From Alphaproteobacteria bacterium (lineage in GTDB: Bacteria; Pseudomonadota; Alphaproteobacteria; CALKHQ01): a stretch of DNA of 64,000 nucleotides. Position numbers and translations under genes: made by a program. Location of the stretch: the NCBI GenBank assembly GCA_965227515.1, contig CBDDFZ010000001.1:2656001-2720000 (forward strand). Reading direction: 5' to 3'. The first letter of the stretch is position 1. Every line of letters starts with the position of its first letter. Below are positions 46,529 to 56,834 of this stretch, one piece after another. The notes beneath the pieces were generated by a model. It saw only the letters and a list, made by a program, of their open reading frames with translations. It had not been told where the DNA came from and made no database searches.

Positions 46529-48694
46529 ATGATCAAATCCCGGAAACGCAACATCTGGCGCAGCAGCAGTGCGATGGCGGGCATCGCGCTGGCGGCCATC
46601 GCCGGCAGCGCCACGGGCGCGCTGGCGGAGACGCATGCGCTGCTGGTCGGCGTGACCGAATATCCGAACCTGGACGAGCGCCTGTGGCTGAACGGCCCGA
46701 TGAACGATGTGGCGCTGGTGGAATCCGTGCTGCTGGAGCAGGGCCTGTCCGACGAGCAGATCACCGTGCTGTCGGAGGCCGAGGATGCCGATGGCCAACC
46801 CACCCGTGCCGCCATTCTGGGTGAGCTCGACCGCCTGATCGCGGAAGTGGCGCCGGGCGACTTTGTCTATCTGCACATGGGCGGCCACGGCTCGCAGCAA
46901 CCGGCGATGGACGAGAACGACGAGTCCGAGCTGGACGGCCTGGACGAGATCTTCCTGCCGCGCGATGTCGGTGCGTGGGACGGCCAGGTCGGCTCGGTGG
47001 AAAATGCCATCGTCGACAACGACTTGCAGCCGCGCATGGAGGCCTTGCGTGACGCCGGTGCATTCGTGTTTGCCGTGTTCGACAGCTGCCATTCCGGCAC
47101 CATGGTGCGGGCGATCGACACCGAGGAGGTGGACCGCCGCCTGGACCCGACCCTGCTGGGCATTCCCGATGCCGCGCTTGCCGAGGCAGCCGCCGACGCG
47201 CCGGCCACCCGTGGCGGCCCGGCATCCGAGGAAGGCGTGCTCGACCTGCATGAGAGCGACAGCGATGGCCCCGGTGGCTTCGTTGCGTTCTATGCCGCGC
47301 AGACCACCGAGACGACGCCGGAGATGCGGCTGCCGGCCGGCGATCCCAATCGCCAGACCTATGGCCTGTTCAGCTACACCATCGCAACGATCCTGGCGTC
47401 GAACCCCGGCATCACCTATCGCCAGGCGACGCAGCAGATCCTGGCCGAGTATGCCGGCGGCAACCGCCGCGCGCCGACGCCGCTGTTCGAGGGCACGGCG
47501 GCGGACATGGACCGCATCATGATGGGTGGTGCGCCGTCCGACACCGTGCGCCAGTGGCCGGTGACCGAGGACCGCGGCACCTACCGCCTGCCGGCCGGAC
47601 AACTGCACCAGGTCTCCGACGGCGCCATCATGGCGGTCATGGAGAGCGCCACCGCGCCCTCCGGCGCCCAGCCGCTGGGCTATGCCGCTGTCTACAGCGC
47701 CCAGGTGGTGCACAGCTTCGTCGAGCCGATCGCCTATGACGGCGCGGCCGTTCTCGACGAGATTCCGGAAGGCGCCTTCCTGCGCCTGGTCGACGCGCAG
47801 TTTACCGTCAGCCTGACCGTGGCGCTGCCGGAGGAGACCACGGCCGCTGCTATCGCCGAGGCGCCGGCCCACGCCGAGATCGAGCGCCTGCTGACGGACG
47901 GCCTGCCTGGCCTGGATGTCCGGTGGGTGGACGCACACCAGACGGCGGACCTGCGGCTGGTCATCGTCGACGGCAAGCTCTGGTTCGCGCCGCCTTCGGG
48001 CGCCATCGTGACCGAGGGCCCGGCGCGCACGCCTGCGCTGACGATCCCCGACGCTACTGACCAGGTCGGCATGGCCGAGTTCCGCGTCGCACTGGAAGAG
48101 AACATCGAGAAGGTGGCGCGCGTCTCGACCCTGTTCCGGCTGTCGGCCGAGCTGGCGGCGACCGAGGTCGGGCGCGGGCTGGACCTGTCGTTCGAGGTCG
48201 AGCGCGCCGATGGCAGCGGTGTCGAGCGGTTCACCCTGACCGACTTCCCGACCCTGCACGACGGCGACGAACTGCGCTTCTTCGTCACCAACAATTCCGA
48301 GCAGGTCATGGACCTGACCGCGCTGTTCATCGACGCCAAGTTCGCGGTCATCCCGTGGTTCCCCTATCAGGGTGAATCCAACCGCATGGGTCCGGGCGAG
48401 ACCCTGGAGTCGTCGCTGATCGTGAACCTGGAGACCGTGGGCGTGGAGCAGTTCCTGTTCGTTGCCGCCGCGGTGCAGCCGCAGGCGCCGCGCGCCGACT
48501 TCTCGTTCCTGGCCCAGACCGGGCTCGCGACCCGCTCGATCTTCGCGCCCAGCGCGGTGGAGAACGCTTCGACCGTGCTGGACGTGATGCGCGAGGCGGG
48601 ACTGGAAGAGGTGGCCACCCGTGGCGGTGGCCGGGGAGGCGGCGCAACCGCGCTCGCGACCATGTCGGCGTTCAGTTGGACAGTGTCGGAGTAA
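46529..48694 (+). CDS. Secreted caspase-family (peptidase C14) protein with a C-terminal DUF4384-like domain
   Basis: Signal peptide; ALLVGV..Y...L.GP.ND; His motif GHGS (46886); Cys motif DSCHSG (47087); GLFSY; C-terminal GD.L.F.V.N.......L.ID......FP...N. Confidence 0.88.
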   Translation: MIKSRKRNIWRSSSAMAGIALAAIAGSATGALAETHALLVGVTEYPNLDERLWLNGPMNDVALVESVLLEQGLSDEQITVLSEAEDADGQPTRAAILGELDRLIAEVAPGDFVYLHMGGHGSQQPAMDENDESELDGLDEIFLPRDVGAWDGQVGSVENAIVDNDLQPRMEALRDAGAFVFAVFDSCHSGTMVRAIDTEEVDRRLDPTLLGIPDAALAEAAADAPATRGGPASEEGVLDLHESDSDGPGGFVAFYAAQTTETTPEMRLPAGDPNRQTYGLFSYTIATILASNPGITYRQATQQILAEYAGGNRRAPTPLFEGTAADMDRIMMGGAPSDTVRQWPVTEDRGTYRLPAGQLHQVSDGAIMAVMESATAPSGAQPLGYAAVYSAQVVHSFVEPIAYDGAAVLDEIPEGAFLRLVDAQFTVSLTVALPEETTAAAIAEAPAHAEIERLLTDGLPGLDVRWVDAHQTADLRLVIVDGKLWFAPPSGAIVTEGPARTPALTIPDATDQVGMAEFRVALEENIEKVARVSTLFRLSAELAATEVGRGLDLSFEVERADGSGVERFTLTDFPTLHDGDELRFFVTNNSEQVMDLTALFIDAKFAVIPWFPYQGESNRMGPGETLESSLIVNLETVGVEQFLFVAAAVQPQAPRADFSFLAQTGLATRSIFAPSAVENASTVLDVMREAGLEEVATRGGGRGGGATALATMSAFSWTVSE

Positions 48695-48849
48695 CCGCAG
48701 GCCCGTTGCATTCGTTCCAAAAGCGGCGACAGTCGCGCGAAGTATCCGGCGGATGCAGCATTGACGTTACGGCGGTCTTTTGGTTCCTACCCCGCGAGGG
48801 ATAATCGAAGACTGGCGAATCTCGTTTCTTTTCAATCGGGAGAGTACTG

Positions 48850-49557
48850 ATGATCGGTTTCAAACACATCCGCAAGACGGGCGCCGTGACCACCGCGACG
48901 GCTGTGGTGGCGCTGGCCGCCTCGGTGGCGTTCGCGGAGGGCATCCAGTCCAACATCTCCGATGTGCAGCCGGAGGACACGACTGCGGTCGATGCGATCC
49001 AGACCATCGCAATGGCCCAGCGTCTGGCCACCTATGCCATGAACACCAACGATCCGCTGCTGCTGATCGCGGCGGCGCGCATCGCCAACCAGTTCGAGGT
49101 CGGCGATGCCGAGATCGCGCCGCGCGACACCGACGAGGAAATCGCGTCGGACAGCCCGGCGATGCAGACCGCGGGCGAGATGCTGGCGATGGCGCGTGAG
49201 CTGGCCGGCGACCGCCAGGACCTGATCCTGCTGATCGAGGACGTCGAGGCCGAGAGCGCGCGCGGCAGCCTGTATGGCGCGGGCAGCTACGAAGGCTATA
49301 TCGCCGGCTACGACAACCTCTACTACGACGAGGCGTTCGAGGGCGGCGTGCCGGCCATCGTGGAGCTGACCGGCCACAACCCGTCTGACCTGGACCTGTG
49401 GATCTATGACGAGTTCGGCAACGAGATCTGCAGCTCCACCAGCTACTCCTCGTTCGAGAGCTGCCAGTGGACCCCGCGCTGGACCGGCGGCTTCACCATC
49501 CGGGTGGAGAACGAGGGCCACGCCCAGGGCAGCTATTTCACTCTGTGGACTAACTAA
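48850..49557 (+). CDS. Secreted protein: helical N-domain plus PPC-like beta domain
   Basis: Signal peptide ..SVAFA; GGGAG RBS; DLDL.IYD..GN.IC.......E.C.W.P..TG.F.I.V.N. Confidence 0.8.
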   Translation: MIGFKHIRKTGAVTTATAVVALAASVAFAEGIQSNISDVQPEDTTAVDAIQTIAMAQRLATYAMNTNDPLLLIAAARIANQFEVGDAEIAPRDTDEEIASDSPAMQTAGEMLAMARELAGDRQDLILLIEDVEAESARGSLYGAGSYEGYIAGYDNLYYDEAFEGGVPAIVELTGHNPSDLDLWIYDEFGNEICSSTSYSSFESCQWTPRWTGGFTIRVENEGHAQGSYFTLWTN

Positions 49558-49604
49558 GGTCCGGTACTCTTCGCCATGGCTTTATGCCGTGGGCAATAGT
49601 GGTT

Positions 49605-49632
49605 ATGAAGGCGGGCATCGGCCCGCCTTCAT
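49605..49632 (+). terminator. Hairpin, probable terminator
   Basis: ATGAAGGCGGGC-atcg-GCCCGCCTTCAT followed by TCGTTTT. Confidence 0.6.
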
Positions 49633-49677
49633 TCGTTTTGGATGCTTGGCGGGCGGCACGAAACCCGGAGAGGCCAC

Positions 49678-50673
49678 ATGCGAAACGCCGGACGGTTCGA
49701 ACTGGCCACAATGGCCGTTACGTTGGCCTCAGGATTTGCCATGAGTGCGACAGGGACCAGCGCGGTTGCCCAAGGCGCGGACGAGCCCGTCGTGGCCACC
49801 GGCCCGGTCAGCGAATTGCACGGCAGCATGATGGGCCACGTCGCCGGCGAGGACCATCCGGTCCTGTTGATCATCCCAGGGTCCGGTCCGACCGACCGCG
49901 ACGGCAACAGCCCGCTCGGCATCACCGCCGGTACATATCGCCTGTTGGCGTCCGACCTCGCCGCGCGCGGCATCACCACCATCCGCATCGACAAGCGCGG
50001 CATGTTCGAGAGCGCGGCGGACAACGTCGACCCCAACGCCATCACCATCGAGGACTATGCCGACGACGTGCGCGCCTGGGTGTCGGCGGCGATGCAGGCG
50101 ACCGGCGCGTCGTGCGTCTGGCTCGCCGGCCACTCCGAGGGCGGGCTGGTGGCGCTGGCCACCGTGCAGGATGCCCAGAACGTGTGCGGCGTGCTGCTGA
50201 TCGCGGCACCCGGCCGCCGGCTGAGCGACGTCATGCGCGAGCAATTGCGCGCCAACCCCGCCAACGCGTTCCTGTTGGACGACGCCATGGCGGTGATCGA
50301 CGCGCTGGAGGCCGGCAGCACCGCCGACGTCGGCGAGATGCACCCGGCGCTGCAGCAGCTGTTTCACCCGGCGGTGCAGGACTTCCTGATCAGCATCTAC
50401 TCCTACGACCCCGCCGTGCTGATGGCAGGGTATGACGGGCCGGTCCTGGTGGTGCAGGGCGACGCCGACCTGCAGGTGACGGTGGAGGACGCCGAGGCCC
50501 TGGCGTCCGGGCGCGATGACGTCAGCCCGGTGATCCTGCCGGGTGTGAACCACGTGCTGAAGGAAGCGCCGGCGGACGACCGCGATGCCAATCTGGCGAC
50601 CTATTCGGAGCCGAACCTGCCATTGGCGCCCGGCGTGGTCTCGACCATCGCCGCATTCGTGACCCCCGAATAG
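49678..50673 (+). CDS. Secreted alpha/beta hydrolase
   Basis: GSGPTDRDGN; nucleophile GHSEG; QG..D.QV; NHVLK. Confidence 0.88.
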   Translation: MRNAGRFELATMAVTLASGFAMSATGTSAVAQGADEPVVATGPVSELHGSMMGHVAGEDHPVLLIIPGSGPTDRDGNSPLGITAGTYRLLASDLAARGITTIRIDKRGMFESAADNVDPNAITIEDYADDVRAWVSAAMQATGASCVWLAGHSEGGLVALATVQDAQNVCGVLLIAAPGRRLSDVMREQLRANPANAFLLDDAMAVIDALEAGSTADVGEMHPALQQLFHPAVQDFLISIYSYDPAVLMAGYDGPVLVVQGDADLQVTVEDAEALASGRDDVSPVILPGVNHVLKEAPADDRDANLATYSEPNLPLAPGVVSTIAAFVTPE

Positions 50674-50975
50674 GTTACACATCGGCCCGCTGGCGGCCGT
50701 GGGCCGGGCGCAACACCTGACCAATTTGAACCAATAAACTCTGATCGGTCCACAAACCGGTCAGGAATTGGTCCGATTTTGGCACGAAATCTGTATACCA
50801 AATTGGCTGGCGGGCTATAGTTCGAGCCACAGGAGCGCCTTGTCAGGCCCTCCGGTCGCGGCCAATACGCCACAAGAGAACGACTAACCGCCAAGGGCAC
50901 CGTGACCAAAGTGCATGCGAGGAGGTGGGTACGTATGCACGTGCGCACCAGCACAAGCGTGAAGGGAGAACGAGA

Positions 50976-51926
50976 ATGACGCACCGTGTAACGCTGGCCG
51001 GCATTGTGTTGGCCACAGCCGTGGGCGCCGCGCCCGCGCTGGCCGATTCCGACGATCCGATCAAGATTCCGATCCACAACTGGTCGAGCCAGATTGTCGG
51101 CGCGCACATCGTCGGCGATATCCTGGCCGAGGCCGGCTACGAGGTCGAATACATCCCGGCGGACAGCCAGGTGGTCTACACCTCGATGTGCGAGGGCGAT
51201 ATCGACCTGGTCCACGAGGTCTGGCAGGGCGCATTCGGCGTCGCCTTCGAGGCGGTGGTCGACGAGGGCTGCGTCATCGACGCCGCGACCCACGACGCCA
51301 AGACCCGCGAGGAGTGGTGGTACCCGGCCTATGTCGCCGACCTGTGCCCCGGCCTGCCGGACTGGGAGGCGCTGAATGCCTGCGCCGAGCTGTTCGCCAC
51401 CCCGGAGACCGAGCCGCAAGGCCGTTTCCTGGCCGGACCGGTGGACTGGCTGAAGCACGACCAGGAGCGTGTCGACGGCCTGGGCATGGAGTTCCAGGTG
51501 GTCAACGCGGGCTCCGCCGCCGCACTTTGGGCCGAGCTGGAATCCGCGTCCGCCCGCGAGCAGCCGATCGTGCTGTTCAACTGGACGCCGAACTTCATCG
51601 AGGCGCTGTACGAAGGCGCGTTCGTCGAATTCCCGGAATATGACGAAGCCTGCCGCGAAGACCCGTCGTGGGGCGTGAACCCGGAACTTTCCTATGACTG
51701 CGGTAACCCGAAGGACGGCTATCTGAAGATCGGCGTCTGGGAGGGCTTCCCGGAGAACTGGCCGGAGGCCTACGCCATCGTGCAGGCGATGAACTTCAGC
51801 AACCTGGACATCGCCGTCATGGCCAAGCTGGCCGATGTCGACGGCATGGAGCCGGAAGAAGCGGCCGCGCAGTGGATGGCCGACAACGAGGACAAGTGGC
51901 GTCCCTGGCTCGGCGCGGCTGACTGA
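50976..51926 (+). CDS. tmoX: Glycine betaine-family ABC substrate-binding protein, TmoX (TMAO-binding)-like
   Basis: DPI.IPIHNWSSQIV, EVW.GAFG, TRE.WWYP, CPGLPDW.ALN.CA, GPVDWLKH, NAGSAAALWAE, FNWTPNF and YDCGNP resemble roseobacter TmoX as I recall it. Confidence 0.75.
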   Translation: MTHRVTLAGIVLATAVGAAPALADSDDPIKIPIHNWSSQIVGAHIVGDILAEAGYEVEYIPADSQVVYTSMCEGDIDLVHEVWQGAFGVAFEAVVDEGCVIDAATHDAKTREEWWYPAYVADLCPGLPDWEALNACAELFATPETEPQGRFLAGPVDWLKHDQERVDGLGMEFQVVNAGSAAALWAELESASAREQPIVLFNWTPNFIEALYEGAFVEFPEYDEACREDPSWGVNPELSYDCGNPKDGYLKIGVWEGFPENWPEAYAIVQAMNFSNLDIAVMAKLADVDGMEPEEAAAQWMADNEDKWRPWLGAAD

Positions 51927-52017
51927 GGCCACGCGCAGTTCGGCCGGGCGGTAGCGTTCGAATCCGCCCGGCCACACATCCCATTGGGGGCGCGGCTGCT
52001 GCCCCTGCCTCAAATGC

Positions 52018-53130
52018 ATGTATGATGACCGGCATCGCCGTGTGCACAGCACAATGCGGGGGGATGGCTTGTCCAAGCCACTGATTGCCTGCCGGAATGT
52101 CTGGAAGATCTTCGGCCCGACGCCACGCCAGATCTTGCGCACCCATAATGGCGCGCCGTCTCCGGACGACCTGAAGGCCACCGGCCACATCGCCGCGGTG
52201 CGCGACGTCTCGCTGGACGTCGGTGTCGGCGAGATCCTGGTGGTGATGGGGCTGAGCGGGTCCGGCAAGTCGACTCTGATCCGCTGCCTGGCTCGCCTGA
52301 TCGAGCCCACGTCGGGCGAGATTATGGTTGAAGGCAAGAACTTGCTGGCGGCCTCGCGCAGGGACCTGATCGAGCTGCGCCGTCATAAGATGGGCATGGT
52401 GTTCCAGCACTTCGCCTTGCTGCCGCACCGCACGGTGCTGCACAACGTGGCGTTTCCGCTGGAGATGCAGGGCATCGGCCGTTCCGCCCGCGAGATGCGT
52501 GCGCGCGAGATGATCTCCCTGGTTGGGCTGGAGGGGCGCGAGGGCTACTACCCGCGCGAGCTTTCCGGCGGCCAGCAGCAGCGCGTCGGCATCGCGCGTT
52601 CTCTCGCCGTCGGTCCCGACATCTGGTTCCTGGACGAGCCGTTTTCCGCCCTGGACCCGCTGATCCGCCGTGAGATGCAGGACGAGTTCCTGCGCCTGCA
52701 GGCGATGCTGCAGAAGTCCATCGTGTTCATCACCCACGATTTCGACGAGGCGATCCGCCTGGCCGACCGCATCGCGATCATGTTCGAGGGCGAGGTGGTG
52801 CAGATCGGCACCCCGGCCGAACTGGTGACCAATCCGGCGACGGCCTATGTGCGCGAGTTCACCAAGGAAGTGGCGCGCGACAAGGTGCTGACGGTGGCCG
52901 ACGCCATGGTCGCGGCCAACGGCAACGGTGTTGCGGGCGAGGGGCCGCCGTTGTCGGCCTCCGCCAAGCTGTCGGCGGTGGCGCCCCAGGTGCTGCAGTC
53001 GTCGACTGCGTTCGGCGTCGTCGACGACGAGGGGCGGCCGGTTGGCGCGATCTCGCGCGATCAGGTCATCGCCGCCATGTTCGCGCCCGACCAGGTGAGC
53101 GATTCGGCGCCCGGCGAGCCTGCCTCGTGA
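52018..53130 (+). CDS. tmoW: ProV-type ABC ATP-binding protein (TmoW-like); true start may be TTG 52069
   Basis: GLSGSGKS, LSGGQQQRVGIAR and DEPFSALDPLIR.EMQ motifs. Confidence 0.85.
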   Translation: MYDDRHRRVHSTMRGDGLSKPLIACRNVWKIFGPTPRQILRTHNGAPSPDDLKATGHIAAVRDVSLDVGVGEILVVMGLSGSGKSTLIRCLARLIEPTSGEIMVEGKNLLAASRRDLIELRRHKMGMVFQHFALLPHRTVLHNVAFPLEMQGIGRSAREMRAREMISLVGLEGREGYYPRELSGGQQQRVGIARSLAVGPDIWFLDEPFSALDPLIRREMQDEFLRLQAMLQKSIVFITHDFDEAIRLADRIAIMFEGEVVQIGTPAELVTNPATAYVREFTKEVARDKVLTVADAMVAANGNGVAGEGPPLSASAKLSAVAPQVLQSSTAFGVVDDEGRPVGAISRDQVIAAMFAPDQVSDSAPGEPAS

Positions 53131-55199
53131 CCGCCAGCGCCGCGGCCGCGCCGCCGGCGCGTTTCACGCTGTCCGCCGGCAGTTGGCTGCTGATCGGCTG
53201 CCTTGCCCCGTTCGTGCTGTTGCTGGCCTTGCGCCCGGTGCTGCCCGAGGCACTGGTGCTGCTGCCGGAAACGGTCACCCTGGACTTCATCGGCTGGCTG
53301 AACGTGGTGATCGAGGCACTGCGCCGCGACGAGATCTTCGGCTGGTTCACCTTCCGCGACATCACCCGCTCTATCGCCTATGCCGTGGAATGGCCGCTGG
53401 ATGTGGTCGATGGTGTCCTGATCTCCGGCTTCGACGAGGTGCGCCTGCCGCCGCTGCCCTGGCTGGTCGACACTGCGGCCGACCTGCCGCGCGACATTCG
53501 CGAGGATGGGGTGATCGCGTTCCTGCCGGAGTTCGACCTGCCGCCGGTGCCGTGGCTGACCTTCGCGGCGCTGGCCGCCGTGTTCGGCTGGGGCCTGGGG
53601 CGCTGGCCGCTGGCCCTGCTGGCCGGCGGCACAATCGTCTACCTGGCGGTGTTCGGCACCTGGGAACTGTCGATGACGACGCTGGCGCTGGTGCTGGTCG
53701 CCGCCCCCATCGCGGTCGCCATCGCCCTCGGGCTCGGTATCGGCGCCATCTACTCAAAGACGTTCGAGCGCATCTTGTGGCCGTTCCTCAACGTCATGCA
53801 GTCGCTGCCGCACTTCTCCTACCTGATCCCGGTGGCGGTGTTCATCGGCGTGTCGCACCGGGCCGGCGCGGTGGCGACCATCCTGTTCGCGGTGCCGCCG
53901 ATGGCGCGCCTCACCATCCTCGGCCTGCGCGGCGTGCCGTCGGAAGTTATCGAGGCCGGGCGCATGGGCGGCGCCACCGGGTGGCAGATGCTGTGGAAGG
54001 TGAAGATCCCGGCCGCACGCGACACCCTGCTGGTCGGCCTGAACCAGGTGATCATGCTGTGCCTGGCGATGGTAGTGCTGGCCTCGTTCGTCGGCGCCAA
54101 GGGGCTGGGTGCCGACCTGCTCTACCGCCTGCAGAACCTGCAGATCGGCCGGGCGATGGAAAGCGGTGTCGCCATCGTGCTGATGGCGATCGCGCTCGAC
54201 CGGCTGAGCCGCGCACTGGCGCTGCGCCAGCCGGCGCACCTGCCGGCCGGCCCGTTCTGGCGCCGCCATCCGTTTTGGACGCTGGCCGGCGTGCTGGCGG
54301 TCGGCACCGCCGTGCTGGCGGCGCTGTGGCCGCCGGCGTTGGTGTGGCCGGAAGACTGGGAACTGACCACCGCACCGGAGTGGGACTGGCTTGTCGACTA
54401 CATTGCGGCCAATTGGTACGACGCGCTGTCGGTGTTCCGCGACGACCTGCTGGTCTACGTGCTGATCCCGACTCGCGAGGCGTTCCTGTGGGCGCCATGG
54501 ACCGCGGTGCTGGCGCTGGTCGCCGGCATGGGCTGGGCCATCGGCGGCTGGCGGCTGGCGCTGGTCGTCTCCGGCTTCGTCCTGTTCATCGCGCTCACCG
54601 GTTATTGGGAGCGCTCGATGATCACCACCTACATGGTGTTCAGCGCGCTGGTCGTGTGCGTGGCCATCGGCCTGCCGCTGGCCATGCTGGCGGCGCACAA
54701 CAACTTCGCCACCCGGGCGATGGAGGTGGTGTGCGACACCTTCCAGACCTTCCCGTCGTTCATCTACCTGATCCCGGTCATCATGCTGTTCCAGGTCAGC
54801 GACGTGGCGGCGATCACCGCCATCGTGATCTATGCAGGCATTCCGGTGGTGCGCTACACCATGTTCGGCCTGCGCAACGTACCGGCGCAAACACTGGAGG
54901 CGGCGAAGACCTCCGGCTGCTCGGGGTGGCAGACCCTGTGGCATGTGCGCCTGCCGCTGGCGTTGCCGGAGATCATGCTCGGCATCAACCAGACCATCAT
55001 GTTCGGCCTGTTCATGGCGATCATCGCCAGCTTCATCGGCACCACCGACCTGGGGCAGGAGATCAACCGCGCCCGCGCCGACAACGATGCCGGCAAGGGC
55101 CTGGTGTTGGGACTTTGCGTCGCCTTCATCGGGCTGGCGGCAGACCGGCTGATCGTCGCCTGGTCGGCGAAGCGCAAGAAGGCGCTGGGTCTGGACTGA
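53127..55199 (+). CDS. tmoV: Fused double ProW-type ABC permease (TmoV-like)
   Basis: Two copies each of Q..P.F.YLIPV, the EAA loop and G.NQ.IM. Confidence 0.85.
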   Translation: MTASAAAAPPARFTLSAGSWLLIGCLAPFVLLLALRPVLPEALVLLPETVTLDFIGWLNVVIEALRRDEIFGWFTFRDITRSIAYAVEWPLDVVDGVLISGFDEVRLPPLPWLVDTAADLPRDIREDGVIAFLPEFDLPPVPWLTFAALAAVFGWGLGRWPLALLAGGTIVYLAVFGTWELSMTTLALVLVAAPIAVAIALGLGIGAIYSKTFERILWPFLNVMQSLPHFSYLIPVAVFIGVSHRAGAVATILFAVPPMARLTILGLRGVPSEVIEAGRMGGATGWQMLWKVKIPAARDTLLVGLNQVIMLCLAMVVLASFVGAKGLGADLLYRLQNLQIGRAMESGVAIVLMAIALDRLSRALALRQPAHLPAGPFWRRHPFWTLAGVLAVGTAVLAALWPPALVWPEDWELTTAPEWDWLVDYIAANWYDALSVFRDDLLVYVLIPTREAFLWAPWTAVLALVAGMGWAIGGWRLALVVSGFVLFIALTGYWERSMITTYMVFSALVVCVAIGLPLAMLAAHNNFATRAMEVVCDTFQTFPSFIYLIPVIMLFQVSDVAAITAIVIYAGIPVVRYTMFGLRNVPAQTLEAAKTSGCSGWQTLWHVRLPLALPEIMLGINQTIMFGLFMAIIASFIGTTDLGQEINRARADNDAGKGLVLGLCVAFIGLAADRLIVAWSAKRKKALGLD

Positions 55200-55343
55200 C
55201 CCGCTGGCCGGATCACGACTTCGCAGCTGGTTGACGGTTTGCCCGGAGCGCCGATCAGGTTACATCATTCCGCGTTGCCGCTTTCGCGGAGCCGCAGTCG
55301 CGGACACCGACAATTCGAACGCCATAGGGGGAATTGATTCGCC

Positions 55344-56045
55344 ATGATCGACGTCTACACTTGGCCGACGCCCAACGGGCACAAGGTCCACATCATGCTG
55401 GAAGAGTGCGGGTTGGACTACAACGTCCACGCCGTCAACATCGGCCAGGGCGATCAGTTCGAGGCGGACTTCCTCGCTTTCAGCCCCAACAACAAGATCC
55501 CGGCCATCGTCGACAGCGACGGCCCCGACGGCAAGCCGATCTCGGTGTTCGAGTCGGGCGCGATCCTGATCTACCTGGCGGAGAAGACCGGCAAGTTCAT
55601 GCCGCCGCCGTCTCAGCCGCGCGACCGCATCGCGGTGCTGGAGTGGCTGATGTTCCAGATGGGCGGGGTGGGGCCGATGCTGGGCCAGAACCACCACTTC
55701 CGCCACTACGCGCCGGAGAAGCTGCCCTATGCCGTCGACCGCTACACCAACGAGGCCGCGCGCCTGTATGGCGTGATCGACAGGCGGGTCGGGCAGACCG
55801 CCTATCTGGCCGGCGACGACTACACCATCGCCGACATGGCGACCTTCCCCTGGCTGCGCTCCTACGAGCGGCAGGGCCAGAAGCTGGAGGACTTCCCGAA
55901 CCTGAAGCGCTGGTACGAGGGCATTGCCGCCCGCCCGGCGGTCGAGCGCGGCGTTGCCGTGCTGGCCGAGGCGCGGCGCGAGGGGCCGATCAGCGACAAG
56001 GAGCGCGAGGTCATGTTCGGGTCGAAGCAGTACGAGCGCCGCTAG
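55344..56045 (+). CDS. Glutathione S-transferase family protein (YfcG-like)
   Basis: TPNGHKV, SPNNKIPAIVD, FESGAIL.YLAEKTG and WLMFQMGGVGPM.GQ motifs. Confidence 0.92.
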   Translation: MIDVYTWPTPNGHKVHIMLEECGLDYNVHAVNIGQGDQFEADFLAFSPNNKIPAIVDSDGPDGKPISVFESGAILIYLAEKTGKFMPPPSQPRDRIAVLEWLMFQMGGVGPMLGQNHHFRHYAPEKLPYAVDRYTNEAARLYGVIDRRVGQTAYLAGDDYTIADMATFPWLRSYERQGQKLEDFPNLKRWYEGIAARPAVERGVAVLAEARREGPISDKEREVMFGSKQYERR

Positions 56046-56084
56046 TTCGACAACGGCCGCTCAGGCAGGCACGCCGGCAAGACG

Positions 56085-56597
56085 ATGACCGACCAGCAAT
56101 CGAACGCCGGTCAGCCGAAATGGGTGATCGGCTGCACCGCCGTGCTGGCGGTGCTGGTGCTGGTCTTCGTCGTGCTGGCGATTTTCATCTATGTCGACTA
56201 CGGAGAGCCGGAGTCCGCGTTCCCGGCGCGGCTGGCCGCGACCATCGAGGCCGCCCGCGGTGCCGACGGCACATTCGCACTGGGCGATGCCATCGAGGGC
56301 GACTGGGACGAAGTGCATCTGTTCGCGCCCGGCCTGGCCGAAGGGGCCGGCCATATCGAAGCCTGCCTCGGTTTCGCCTGGGACCAGGCAGCGCTGATCG
56401 CCGGCCATCTGGACGATGGCGCACCGGGCGGCTTTGCCATCGTCGCCGATGGTGCCGTTGTGGACTATGGCTGGCACCTGGTGGGCGCCACGCCGTTCGA
56501 GATGGACGACTGGCCGTGCGGCATCGCGCCGGGCAGCGACAGCTTTCGTGTCGACTCCGCTGGCGCGGTGCCGCGTCTGGTGCGGATCGAGGACTGA
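56085..56597 (+). CDS. Membrane-anchored hypothetical protein
   Basis: One N-terminal TM helix; host-like codon usage. Confidence 0.6.
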   Translation: MTDQQSNAGQPKWVIGCTAVLAVLVLVFVVLAIFIYVDYGEPESAFPARLAATIEAARGADGTFALGDAIEGDWDEVHLFAPGLAEGAGHIEACLGFAWDQAALIAGHLDDGAPGGFAIVADGAVVDYGWHLVGATPFEMDDWPCGIAPGSDSFRVDSAGAVPRLVRIED

Positions 56598-56612
56598 AAC
56601 GAAGCGGCCTGA

Positions 56613-56834
56613 TCAGCCGGCAACGACCTTGCGCGGCCGTCCGCGACGCCGCTTCTGCGGCTGCGGAAACATCACCACGTCGCCGCCGCCACTGGTCAGC
56701 GCGCGCAGTTCGTTGCGAGCGCGCTCCAATTGAGCGACTTCGCGCGCATCCTCACGGTCGAATACCTGGATGCAGCTCAGCTTGATCTCGACCAGATCGG
56801 TCAAGGTCTCGATGGTTTTCGTAGACAATTGCAT
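56613..56834 (-). CDS. Small hypothetical protein with a C-terminal AT-hook-like motif
   Basis: LS..TIETL.DLVEIKLSC....DREDARE; ends KRRRGRPRK. Confidence 0.7.
   Translation of the reverse strand: MQLSTKTIETLTDLVEIKLSCIQVFDREDAREVAQLERARNELRALTSGGGDVVMFPQPQKRRRGRPRKVVAG

Noticed and set aside
50780-50796. Sigma-54 promoter upstream of tmoX (TGGCACG-N4-CTGT)
   Set aside because: The -12 element lacks the conserved GC, so it is too weak to call.
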